Of a stretch of 64,000 nt of DNA, positions 1 through 12,900 are shown in pieces. The notes under the pieces were generated by a model. That model saw nothing but the letters and a program-made list of their open reading frames with translations, had not been told where the DNA came from and did no database searches. Position 1 is the first letter of the stretch; every line of letters begins with the position of its first letter. Source of the stretch: Perna viridis (lineage: Eukaryota); the NCBI GenBank assembly GCA_037379345.1, contig CM074511.1, forward strand, positions 49,978,862-50,042,861, read 5' to 3'. The position numbers and the translations under genes were made by a program.

Positions 1-433
1 AAGGCGACTAAATAGTGCTCAGAAACCTAGTCGGGGGCTAGGCGCTCTGCCCACAGAACAACTGGGATGTGTGCCCCAGGTGGTGGAATGGGGTACCCCT
101 GGCGTGTTACATGCTGGGGTTGTCAGGCTATTATACCGAAAACCTGACTGCGAACCATAGTGGTGCACCGTGTTGGGAAAGATGCCACGTTCCTCGCACG
201 TTAAAGAACTCTGCTGTGGTATTCGATAGGAGTAGGAACCTTTTCGCTCCGCCACAGGAGGCTAAATTGCCCGATCTTATCCATCCCCCCTTTTTCCAGT
301 GGCAATCAAAATTTGTCGACCTTGTTATTCTTGTGACCCATCCTTTGTTTTTCATTTCATGTTCATTGTCTGAATATAGCTGAAATATTGCTGCTCGGAC
401 GTTAAACCCCAACAAACAAACAAACAAACAAAC
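1..433 (+). mobile_element. Structured SINE-like retroposon, copy 1 (5' end cut by window edge), (CAAA)n tail
   Basis: Near-identical to 61761-62197 and 26920-27368. Ends ...GGACGTTAAACCCCAA(CAAA)n. Contains GCACGTTAAAGAAC, which I recall from the Meta-domain of invertebrate SINEs (family label unverified). Confidence 0.85.
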
Positions 434-2634
434 TAAGAAAAAAAATATAATTGTGATTATTTTTCATAGTTGAAAACAATTTTGTCATAAAAGGAAGAAA
501 AAATATGCAAGAAATGATAGGAAAATTAGGTAACCTTGCCTTTTGAGATTTATTTGAGAGATCGATATCGTGCTTAGGGATACAGTTAGGGATCTATTTA
601 TAAATATTGCTAATAATCTCAAATCAGAAATATTTTGCTATTTGACAAAATTTCCAAAAGATAAAAATCAAATGTCAAAAACATAGAACTTATTATGATA
701 GCTATGTACATTCCTTTCCACCAGTAGTACATATTTCAAGTAACATCTAAGTTAATGGAAATAACACAACGAATTTCTCAACTTCTTAAATTTTATTTCA
801 CATTTTGTCAGTGTTTTCTGATCATCATCTTGGTCTGTTTTAAAGGATTAGTTTTATGTCAAGCATACTTACACATATTCATATTTGACGTGTCACTGGT
901 ATCTGTATTATACATGGCATTTAAATTACTCTCATAACAAGATTTATACCACTATGCCCCCTTTCTGGCGGATGCACAGCTTGAAGATGACCATTCATCG
1001 TTGTCCCTATCATAGGTCGAAAACTTTTGCCCATTGTGATAAGAGACTGAATCGCCTGAAAAAAAAATGACTTCTTTACGATACAATTTTAATTACGAAA
1101 ATGACAGGGAGAATTTGTTCTTAATAATTTTGAAATTCATATGTTAGAGATGACCATTTCTTTCAATGTTTAAACTTAATGTGTAAAGGTGTATGTTATC
1201 ATAGATGTTTTTTGGGGGGAATTTGGAATATATGATACAGTTAAAGCAACTTGTATAATCTGTCAAGAGATGAAATATCTGCACATGCCATGTTTTGGAG
1301 GAAATATTCCAAAAAAGCAGAGTTTATTAATACTAAATGTGTTAACAGAAAATGATATTTTTAAAAAAGAATGATACATTATTTTCATATTTGTTTTCAT
1401 TCACATTGTTTAGAGTAAAAGCAATGAGACAGTGATTAAAACAAGGAATATGATATTTATGATGCGGGGACAAAGACAATACCACGAAAACAGCAAAACA
1501 CATTAAGCAGAGAATTAATAAATAAACCCGATTCCCCAACTAGGAGCAAAGACCAAATGCACTGACAGAGTCTAAAAAAACTTTTACGGAGTTTGTCATG
1601 AACGATGGATATTACATTTTGTTCTAATGACGGAGACGCTCAACTTTTTCGTGAGGATTTTTTTCTTGTGGCAGCACTTCTTATTTAGAACTTCGACAGG
1701 CTATGACATTCTGTAGCAGCCGTGATACGTATCTTTACAGTTTTTATTACCTGTCTCAAAAATTTTGCATTAAATAAATGTATACTGATACCTCAAGTCG
1801 TCGGCTGCTGTATATTGGTTGAAAAGGAGCATTGCATGAATTTATGTTGAACATATAAATTAGTAGAAAACGTACCAGCATTTCCGTCATACATGGAACA
1901 TCAAATATTCAGCATACCTTGTACTATCACTATAATCGACCATTTCAATCTTTAAATCATGATTGGAATCTTCTGTAAGTTCGTATATAACATCATTTCC
2001 TAAATTAAGAATAGCATTTACATGAGAACAAAAACTCACCTAAATACACGTTGCAAAGTAGACAAAAAACAGGAGTTTTTTTTTCTTAGTAATTGGAATA
2101 AATGGAATAATTATTTTATGTGATTTCTTTTTTTCAAGATTTCTTAAACTCAAAAGGACTATACGAATAAATAATTCGTCTATTAGTATGTAGATAATTA
2201 TTCCCGTTGTATCAAAGAGTAATCAAGGGAACCAAGGTCAGGTCATTTCATAAACAAAATTGTTCATCACATTTCAATGATATGACAAAAACGTTTTTGT
2301 CGACCTTTTAATTTAAGTTGATTACAATTATTATTCATCATTTTTTTTAAAGTTTACTTTAGTCCAAATGATAATGCAGGTTTGGGAGGTCTTTTTTATT
2401 TTGTTTGTGCGCTACCCTTCAACATAAATATCAGATTAGCGATGGTCATCATTATGTGGACTAAGGTTACCTTATTTTCAAGTAGGGGAACAATATATTT
2501 CTCCATGAGTATTTCTATAATTAATTTGAATAAAACTTTATTCGATGAACAATTACAGCAATTGATATCATGCACCAAAAAAACCCCATATATTTTGATT
2601 GCTTCAATATCATTTATTTGTCTTTTGTGAGTCA

Positions 2635-3063
2635 GTATGTAAGAGTAATCGAGGGAACCAAGGTTAATGCGGTAAGCAAATGAATGTAATCCAGGGACAC
2701 AGACCAGACATGGAAAACAGACATACACAAAAAAGAACATAGAGTAACTAAAATCATAAATACAAGGTAACAAAAGCAAATGAACAAATCAGTTTTCATG
2801 GCGCAGATGGACACACCGTAACTATCCACGAGTTCATGATGACGACCATAAAACTTTTGTAGTGATGACTTCAATCTTGTAGCAACATAACCCTACCCCA
2901 GAAGCCTATTTGTTACAATTCTAACGCGATACAAATCGTATGCGTAGTCTCGGCAAGCTCTGGCATAACGTATGAGTTGTGATATGAACACTCCATACGC
3001 AGGTGCTGAAGGGATTTTGCCACAGATGAAAGAAAAGTTGAATGAAAAGTCATCTTGTAACTT
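2635..3063 (-). mobile_element. Penelope-like element, RT C-terminal/3' fragment
   Basis: Translates to DDFSF..FICGKIPSAPAYGVFISQLIRYARAC..LKSSLQKFYGRHHELVDSY. The same 3' sequence recurs near 4452, 33690 and 43385. Confidence 0.75.
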
Positions 3064-3699
3064 CATTACAAACCTATCCAATACTCTCCTCTTGGGTTTC
3101 CGAAACCTCTTTTATAATATTGCCAGTCTTGAAAAAAGTTTATACTCCCATCAAATCTGTGCTGAATAACCTGAAATATGTACGTTTTTTTTAAATGTAC
3201 ATGGAAAAAATACATTTATCCCAGTTAATGTATAAGACAATGTTATCATGGATATGTCGTTAGATATTTAAGTTCATCATATATACCATTCGGACATATA
3301 TTTTACACTGGTAGATATGTTCCCATTTTTAAACACAAAAAGAACGAATACCTTTCATATGATGATTTAGTGCCATATAAGAAATAGGAATTTAAAAATG
3401 CTTGTAGAAATACAAAGAAAGGAGAATGAACATCGATACATTAAAAACGAAACTCATTTAATACAACAATTGGCAGAAAACATGAATATGAAGAAGAACT
3501 TGTAAAGCTTCTCCGAAACAATAAACCATTCTTGCAAGATCAATTATATATTTTTTTTAGAGAAAAGCCAATTCTTCCGTGGGAGGTTGACATAGGGCCA
3601 ACTACTCTTTTCAAAAACGTCACGGAGGAATATTCATTCACTTTCAGGAAAGAATAGGTAGTAATAATATTTCAGGAATGAAGCATGAAAGTCAAAGCC

Positions 3700-4445
3700 A
3701 CAAATAAACACCCAGACACAAAACATTATTTTGCACATGGAATGTAAAAACAATGTATGAATTTGGAAAAACACACCAAATACCTGTAAGCAAAGAAATG
3801 TAACAGCACCAACTTCCTGTGCTAGGAGTTTGTGAGACAGGTTAAACAGATTCAGGGCAGATAAAATTAGCAACAGGTGAAACACTGCTATACTCAAGGC
3901 AGCAAGAACAAGGAGCACCACATACTTAGAAAAGTTCATCATGCAATGTTATGCCCCAACAAATGACACAGATGAACAGAACCCACAGCTACAATATGTA
4001 ATTGAAACAAAATCAAAGAAAGATATACATTGTATATTTTATTGTACATTAAATGCGAAAATAGGAAATGATACTACCATGCTTGAGTTGATAGTGAGAA
4101 AAGATTTCGGAGAGATGAATGAAAACAGTGAAATGCTCTGAACCTTTTACAGCTTGGTAATTGGTGGAAGTGTATTCCAAGACAAAAGTATACATAAAGT
4201 AACATGGATTTCACCTGAAAACGAAACAGAAAACCAATTAGATCACATCAATATTGGTAGTACCATCCAAAGATCACTTCGGGATATTAAAACACAAAAA
4301 AAGATGCAGACATTGGGACAGATAAACACTTACTTATTGGTTAAATTAGACTGCAATTAAACTACCAAACCAACAATATAAAGACCTGCCATACATATAG
4401 TACTGATCTCCTCAGAGACAAAATCATCACACAGGAATATTATTT
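3700..4445 (+). mobile_element. Decayed RTE-clade LINE, AP-endonuclease fragment
   Basis: QCYAPTND, LNAKIGND, FGEMNEN, LVIGGSVF, IHKVTWISP..TENQLDHI in broken frames. A probable 3' end of the same element lies at about 5320-5566. Confidence 0.8.
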
Positions 4446-4610
4446 AATACTACATTCTTTTGATGACCGCTATAACCTTGGTTCCCTTAATTGCTATTAC
4501 CCAACCGCAATCAGATAATTGATGCAGAAATTTCGGTGGAACACTAGTAACAAATAGAAAGATACAAATTGTATGTATTGCAAATTTTGATATGCTGTAC
4601 ATGTGTTTCA

Positions 4611-5320
4611 ATTAATCGACAACATAATTGCCCAGTGTGGTGGACGCGTTTTTCAACAAACGGTCGGCAATCAAATGGGAACAAATTGTGCTTCTCTATT
4701 TGCTGACCTATACCTTCACTCTTAGACTGACTTTATAGCTGATCTAATCCGAAAGAAAGAATATCGTTTGGCTGTATAGATGACGTATTATCTTTAAACA
4801 ATCCTAATTTTGGGGATTTGATACATCGCATCTACCCCAAAGAACTTGAGATAAAGGATACTACAAACACTGTGAAGTCAGCCTCATATCTTGACCTACA
4901 CTTAGAGATCGATGGTAAAGGAAAACTATTGACCAAACTTTACGACAAAAGACTTTTCATTCAAAATTTTCAACTTTCATTTCATCTGTGGCAACATCCC
5001 TTCAGCTCCTGCGTATGGAGTGTTCATATCACAACTCATACGTTATGCCAGAGTTTGCCGAAATTACCCAGACTTTTTGTATCGCACTAGAATTCTGACA
5101 AATAGGCTTCTGGAACAGGGTAATGTTACAACAAGAGTGAAGTAATCAGTGGAGATGTTTTATGGTCGTCATCATGAACTCGTGGATCGTAATGTTGTAT
5201 CCATGTGCGCCATGAAAACTGATTTATTAAACGTGTCATAGTTTTCCTTTCCTCGTTTGTCTACCCTGGACCTGACTTTTTATGAGCAACTAGGCAGGTG
5301 TTTCTAGAAAAGCAGAGGAA
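4611..5320 (+). mobile_element. Penelope-like element, reverse-transcriptase core fragment
   Basis: GGRVFQQTVG..MGTNCA.LFADLYL..IDDVLSLNNPNFGDLIHRIYPKELEIKDTT..SASYLDLHLEID..LTKLYDKR..AYGVFISQLIRYAR, with frameshifts. Confidence 0.8.
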
Positions 5321-6832
5321 CATAGATACGATGTACTCAAGGAAGCTGAAAACCACCATCATAAACCAGGCTCTGAGACAAGGCATTAGGACAACGAAAG
5401 CGGGAAAAGACTTAGAAATCCATGGATAAGATCAACAGAACAGCAGGAAAAATAACAAGTCAGGACTTGATGTCAGGCTGATAAGATCGCCCAGGACAGA
5501 GGAAAATGGAAATCTTCTTTAAATGACCAATATCCTGCAAAAGGATGATAGTGTTTAAGTCAAGTTAGTCATTTGTGAGCAACATTTGTACCTTATTGAA
5601 TTCCGAAAGATAGACATAAATTATACCGCTTCAGATAGTGTTGCAGTTCTCAGATCTACATGGATTTCATAGATTCCTTTAGATCTTTGGCGTGTTTTTA
5701 AGTATGTTAAAATTTCATACTTGAAAACAGATAAAGGCGATTAAATAACCGCTGATGAAAGATAAAACATGTTCTTGATTCACCAACTCAGTAGTCAGAC
5801 TTGTCTGGGCCCGAAATACATCACACTTTATTTATCATAAGTTGCAGTATTACAAATTTCAAAATACCGAAAATACTCAGGTTTCATTACTTCAACTGCA
5901 CATAGTATAACTTCTGGGATATTGATTTGCCTTCAAATTTTGATAGTTTGAATTAAATTACTTCTTTTATATAATTTATTCTTTTTTTTAGATCTCCCTA
6001 ATGTTTCTAATGTTGCTGATGATAAGTTACATCTTGAAACACGTGTATTTGCATTATATATGATCGGTAATTGTGAATTTAACAATATCATGATTAATTT
6101 ATGCTTTGTTCGAACATTAAATGCTAAAGAAGTTTAGGAAAGAAAAGATGGATAGGTAAATTCTTACAATTTCCAGGGTCAGAACAGTATAAAATATCAT
6201 TACAGTATCTGTCCTTACAACATAGCAGGCACTTGACATGGTGTCCTTCGGCTCGACGTCCGAATTTTGGACCAGTAGTGTGGAGACATGCTTAAAATGT
6301 GGATGTTAAAAAAATAACTGGTTGAATCAAAGATTTTTACATCCTTGTTTTGTATAGTTCCTATAAAGGTGCTTGAATTTTGTGCCACTATAATTAACTA
6401 TAATCCCCTGAAAAAGGAACAAAGACGTTCTAAAACAGAATCGATGAATGACTTGTACAGTACTATTGATTAAGGAGAAGACCATACCAAAGTTTAAAAC
6501 ACACCCACGAGTGTTGCTTAGCGTTTTTCGACGACGGATAAAAGAAAAACAAACAAACAAAAATACAAAACCCTACAACGTCTGATAATTTTGTTGTTTA
6601 TTCTAGTTCTATGTTCTGGATATATGTATGAGTACTGGTTTATTCTTTTGAACCTGAACCTGATTCTGTTATAATCATGCTGGTAACACACCTAAATGTA
6701 AAACAACAAAGATAGCCGACACAAATTCTCGCTTTGTTAATACCCAAAACTGATTATGGTTTTATGTTGTGAACTGTGTGATCACTGTTATTTGTTTCAT
6801 ATTTCAATCATTATGTTAAACAACTAGTTATG

Positions 6833-7347
6833 TTTTTTATGCCCCCGCAACGATAAGTTGGGGCATATTGTTTTACCCCTGTCCATCCGCCTGTAATTCC
6901 GTCCGTAATTCTGTCCGTCGCATAAGTTTTCCGCACTTTTTTGGGAAATTCTTGAAGATATTGAACTGATTTTTTTGTATGTGAGTCTTTCATGATTAAT
7001 TACAGATCGAGTTAAAGTTTCGTTCCATTACGCCGAGTTTTACTTAAATTATGGGCCCTGGACTTAAAAATTTCATGGAAATAATAGTTTTCCGCACTTT
7101 TTTGTAAACCCTTGAAGATATTGAACTGCTTTTTGAGTTTTACAAAATAATGGGCCCTGCACTTTAAAAATTGTATTGAAATAATAGTTTTTCGCTTTTT
7201 TTGTAAATGCTTGAAGATATTTGACTGGTTTTTGGTATGTGAGTCTGTCATGATTAGTTACATATTGAGTTTAAGTTTCGTTGAGCTATGCTGAGTTTTA
7301 CTCAAAACCACATGCGGGGGCATCATTTGTGTCTCACAGACACAATA
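6833..7347 (+). mobile_element. HINE/pearl-like non-autonomous element (Helentron-associated) with internal tandem repeats
   Basis: TTTTT-ATGCCCCCGCA start, nearby inverted GGGGCAT, TCCG-type microsatellite, two internal repeat units, then inverted TGCGGGGGCAT (7313-7323) and a TGTGTC/GACACA hairpin. Confidence 0.7.
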
Positions 7348-9908
7348 ACACATCTGACAAAGTGCTTTTTACAATTATGAGTTATGATATAGCTGTATGA
7401 AGGTTAAATGCGGGGGCATCACTTTATCTAGTTTTTAATTATTCAATATTCAAAATGTCATGTGATGTAAAACCAATCTCAAACCCGACTGCGGCGGATT
7501 TAGAAAAATGATTAAAGAGGGATTAGAGCAAAAACTACGCAAATCAACTATACCAAAGACTCTCATGTGTATTAAATGAAAATGATTAAAAATATTTACA
7601 GTCCTAACGTTTTGTAAATTATATTGTTTGAGTATAGCTGTATAATTTTATTTACTTCATTGTCAGAACATTGTACCAGTTAACAACCATTAATATTTTC
7701 TACTCCACTACACGAAAAACAATCTTGTCCAGACTCTAAAAATGAATGAAAATCAATTTACCTGAATACATGTAAACCGCTATACATCACATATCATATA
7801 TTAAGATTAAAATATAGATTTTTATTATATGTACCATAAGTGATTGATTACCCCTATTATTGTTTATCCTATATCGCATATCGTTTATTACATCGCTTGC
7901 CATATATTGCACCCCAATTTGAAATACACTTGAATTGTAGTTAAAATATCTGATAAATTTAACTGTATGATTTGCAATATTTCCGTGAAATAAGAACCAT
8001 ACATTTTGGGACCAGCGTCACTGTAATTTGTTTGTCAGAACATATGATTTAGTTTGTTTTTTCTACTTCTTAGACGGGTAGATATTTGCGATATCACACC
8101 ATGGACAATGTCATACGAACTAGTGGTATGAAAAATTCACCGTTGTGATTGGTTGTTTTGCGATTGTGTATTCCTTTCTAAAACATGTGATTGGTTGAAA
8201 GAATGTTGTGACTTTTCTAACGTTATTCTCCTGGCATCATTTGTGACGTCATAGAACGACAATCACTAAAATTTCAGCGATAACAGGGGTCGTATGCCAA
8301 ACGGCCAAAATAGTCCAAAGGAATAATAGAGATAAAGGTTCATAATCCGTGAAAATTGAATATCGCAATATATCAACTCGCTTTATCTAATTTCAACACA
8401 TAACAAACTCGTCTGTTAAAATGATGAAATCAAATAACTGGAGTTGTATTTTTGCGATAAACCTCAATGGTTTAAAAATGCTGCAAGCTTTGAAAAAAAA
8501 CTGTGACGTTATTAAATTCCAATTTGTTCATTAATCACTATTTTTGTATTTTCCATTTTTCAGGCTTGGTTGGTTTGCAAGCATTTTAGGTTTTTTTGTC
8601 TGACGCGTTAAATAGTATAAAATTTACCTGTTTTTACGTAGGCAATAGAATTGAACAGACCTGTACAATAATTGTTTATGGCATTAATCTAAAGTTGTTG
8701 CTGTTCTATTTTTTGTGTAGCTATTTACCTTTCAAATTTCAAACAAGGTCTAAAACAACATTATTATATTCTTAAGAATTTTAGAAGGAATATCCTATAG
8801 TGTTGGAACAATATAGCTAAGGAATTTATAAGTTGATGGACTCTCCCCATATTAAAGGAAAGATGTTTTGTAGTTTTCTTATTTTAAAACAGTTATGGTC
8901 ATAAGATTTGTATATAGATAAAAACTTATAAGATCATATGTTTTCAAGAATCAAGACAAATGTACTTATTTGTAATACATAAAGCCCAGAAGAACCCTCT
9001 TGTATATTTTTTTGTATACACATTTTTTTCTAATGTAATTATTTTTTAGTCCTATCAGTGGTTCTAATAATAGGTTTCAACTTATTTGTGCAGCTGACTT
9101 GATTTCTCAGCTGTTAATAAGCTAAATTAACATTTTTTGCAGTGCAGAATAAAAAAAGCATTTTTTTTTTCAGATTGGATACACGATTAAAAGTGTCGTT
9201 TGAAATGTAATATTTTTTGTGCATTATTTTTATTATTAATGGAAAGACGTAAACTTACTAATGATTTTCAAAATAAACCACGATCTCAAGTCCATGATCA
9301 CATTAATGCACGTTTGAGGTTCATTTAGTAAGATTTGGATACGTAGTAATCAGCGAACTGTTCATTTTAGTGCCTTTTTACAATAACAATTTTCTTATTT
9401 TCAAATCCAGAATCTTTTTAAAATAATTAATAAATTTTATACATTGTGCGCTGGTTTTAATACTTAACTATAATAATTTTGCTGAAAAAGTTGTAGTTTA
9501 ATGTAATATTAAGATATTAAAAATATACCCATGACACTTAAATATGAATCTAACGAAGCTCTTACAGTCATAATTCCAGGCATATGGGTTCATCTTATAC
9601 AACTGTTCTTAGTTGATTATTTACTGGTGGAATAAATTGGCCTGTTGTATAATGTTGACATATTCACTTTTATGAAATCGGGTTTTCTTACCTTGTTTTG
9701 TTTTATTTTGGTTGTTGGCATGTGTCGTGTAGAGATCAGAAGTCTACACATTTGAAAGGATTGATTTTTAATTGTCCTTTTACTGTTTTTTTTACGTTTC
9801 CGTTTCTGCCATTGATCTGTTTAACTTTGAATAGATACTTTCGGTCAGATGTACTTTCCTTATCAGGAGATAAAGCATTCATTCAATACATTACAGCGCG
9901 GACGTACA

Positions 9909-12900
9909 ATGACTAATATTTACTGTGAGTAGTTTATTTCATACAAGATTTGTTTTTTTTTTTGAAGAAAAATAATACTTAAAGCAACAAATACCAGATT
10001 CTTCTTTTTTTTAGTTTTTTTTAGTTTGAGAGGAAATGACCTGCAGAAAATAATGGGACTGTATTTCTCTCGATTTAAATTAAATTTTAGATTAACTTAG
10101 TGATTGGTATAAGGTTATAGAGGACAACATCAAGATAAAATTAAGATATAATCTAAGAAGCTCAAAAGCCCTGTATTCGGTCTGACAGAAAGTTATGCCC
10201 AGTGAAACGCTTTAAGATTTCCGAGTTAAGTGCAGCCGAAGTGGTCTAATAAAGCTGAGTGAGAAAACATACTGTAATACACAATTTAACATTTTCGTAT
10301 TGTCTTCATGTAAACAAAACGTTTATTAAATTTTAACAGCAGTCTTCATCGTAAATCGCGCATTTCATTTGTATTAAAAATAATCGTTATTTTCATCGCT
10401 GTTCTGAAAATTAAATTTTAGACTGTTCCATGAATTTGTGTATTTCGAAGTTTAAGATATAAACTCGGCCCAAAGCCAACCAAGGCGTCATCGGACCAAA
10501 TATAAATGGCATAGTAATTGATAAGATCTCTCTAGTGTATAACTTCGTCCTCTTTCAGGTTAAACCTGCCTCGTATAAGATCCAATTACCATTTGGTGTC
10601 ACAAAAGTTCTTATTGAATACATTAATCAATATAAATTGTTTTTCCCACTCTTTCTATGGTTAGTTAGATACAAGTTATAAATATTTGTTTTTGGTCTGC
10701 AGATGGGTTGAAATAATTTTGAACGCGTTAATGCCACTCAGCAAAGCAAGACCAATTATAAATCGAAATGCATAAAGTGGATTTTGCTTCTAGTGTATGA
10801 TATACTTAAAGACAATTGTACACAGACTTATTAATGCATTCGTGAAAACCTATTTGTGCATTTTATTTCAGTTACCATACTTGTAATATGTGTCGTTGGA
10901 TCAGGTAAGACGCTGCATAGGTTTCAACTGTTCAACAATATTCTTTACAGATTTTGTACTTAAACGCGTTTATTTTCTAAAACTTTTCAGTACTTTATTT
11001 CAAGTACAAAAAATACCAGTTTTATATACTGTAAATTTCGATATGCTGTACACGTGTTTCAGGGAGTAACCCCTCATCAGCAGCATTAAAATCAAATATG
11101 TAGGAAGATCATCATCAATATATTAGTTGTATACTCATACTCATTACCAAATCTATCGAACGAGGAAGCTAAATCCATCACCGAGAGGTTCTACCATATG
11201 CAATCCAAGGTGTTTTACGTATATTTAAATTTGGAATACTGTAAGATTTTATAAATAGGGTAGATAAAATGTGATATCATTCGGAGTCAGACAAGCCTGA
11301 CTACTTGGTAGGTGTATACCCTCGGGAACCTCAGATCCACCAGAGTGGTACCGACCCAGTGGTTCTTAAATACAAAAAAATACCAGTTTTATATATTATA
11401 AATTTTGATCTGCTGTACACGTGTTTCAAGTAGTAAACTCTCATCAGCAGCATTAAAATCAAATATGCAGAAAGATTATAATCAAAATATTACTTGTAAA
11501 CAAGAAGTACTCATAACCAAATCTATCGAGGAAGCCAAATCCATCACCGAGAGGTTCTACCATATGCAATGCACACCTTTCAATTTTGTTAAATAATATA
11601 AAATATGTTTACTGTTTACACTACTGTAATAAAGTAAAAGGCGAAAAATGTGAAACAGATTGTCCTTTTCGTTTTGCAAGCCGTTTTAAGAAAGATTTTA
11701 CAAAACCAAGACAAAAAAAATGAAAAAAAACCAACTTTCTTTAAAAGGGTTGTAAGGTCTGGTATTATCAATTATAAATGATTTATGGCTCTTAACGACA
11801 GACGATTTTCTTAACAGAATTATTCCAAATTTCTTGAATTTAAATAGAAAGTGGACCACAGTGTTTATCATGCAGTGGAGTGGAAAATGTGTGTCACCAC
11901 AGTATAGAATGTGCCAATGATGAGGTAAAAAGTAAATAACATTAACGAAATGTGTTTTAGAAAGAAATAAATACTTTGATGTTACAAATTTATTGTTTTT
12001 GAGGCATACTCATTGCCCAATTAGCTAAATTAATGATGGTATTAGACGAACAGAAGTTACACACTAATTACACTTGTATTAAATGTATGATTGCATAGAA
12101 TTGTCATTCATTTGAAGGACAAAATAGGCAGTCAAACAATTTAACAATTTAAAAACTAATTTTAAAATTGAAAGAACCCGCAGGTTCGTTCAATGGTTTA
12201 TAGTGTATTCAAATTTATGAATGAAGTACTTTTGAATTATACACAGCATTCAACATTTTCCTGTTTTAAAATGTTTGAACTACTTTTATATCAGGTTTGT
12301 TACATGCATCACTATGTCACAGAATCAGGTGAAGACTTGATAGATTACGGATGTATGTCTCCACAGGTATTTTTGACTGACAACTTATAAAATTACAATC
12401 GAACATGATAAAATAACATACAAGGTGTTGTGTCATACAAACACAGTTTATGACGTTTATAAATTCATATTTTCTTCCAATAATGTGTTAGTAATGATAT
12501 CTACTCCGCAAACTGATACGGTACCTCATTTGACAAGCATCTCAGCATATACTGTTTTTTCTAATACTGCAACCCTACCATTTTAACTTATTTAATGATT
12601 CAAGGAGGGACATTCGATCCTAAAAGCTTGAATTTTAGCTGTGCTCCTTGGTATCTTTTCTAATAAGTTATTTAACTGTGTCTGTTATTATCGTCAAAAT
12701 CCGATCAATTTAGTTCTATGCCTAATAATTTCTTTGCAAAGCGATATTGTTTTCAGTTCGGTTTCATTTGAATTTTTAACATTGCTTGTTTTTATTTAGG
12801 AGAATATTGTATCTTAGGTTATATCCGGTAAAAGACATCTTATTTGATTCCAAAATTTAGAAATCAGCCTACGATCTTATACATGACCGTATCCGTTTCT

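Larger units (their letters stand above)
808..7735 (-). pseudogene. LU (Ly6/uPAR)-FReD paralogue A, pseudogene
   Basis: Exon relics on -: 7735-7656 (SGQDCFSCSGVENINGC*LVQCSDNE); about 6691-6655 (VCYQHDY/TESG, frameshift); about 6291-6168 (CLHTTGPKFGRRAEGHHVKCLLCCKDRYCNDILYC); 3170-3074 ([32 protein letters not shown]); 1999-1876 ([19 protein letters not shown]..., 41 nt shorter than the intact paralogue); 1055-808 (DSVSYHNGQKFSTYDRDND...KGA*WYKSCYESNLN...A*...MMIRKH*). Several stops and frameshifts. Confidence 0.88.
11003..11570 (-). mobile_element. Retrozyme-like partial tandem repeat (367-nt period) carrying two hammerhead ribozymes
   Basis: About 11003-11205 is repeated at about 11370-11570, and each copy contains a hammerhead core. 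It lies in intron 2 of the LU-FReD gene, antisense. Confidence 0.75.

Noticed and set aside
19-427. ORFs of 78-131 aa overlapping the SINE-like copies (also near 26990, 59908, 61347)
   Set aside because: Starts, stops and frames are not conserved between copies; they are by-products of higher GC content.
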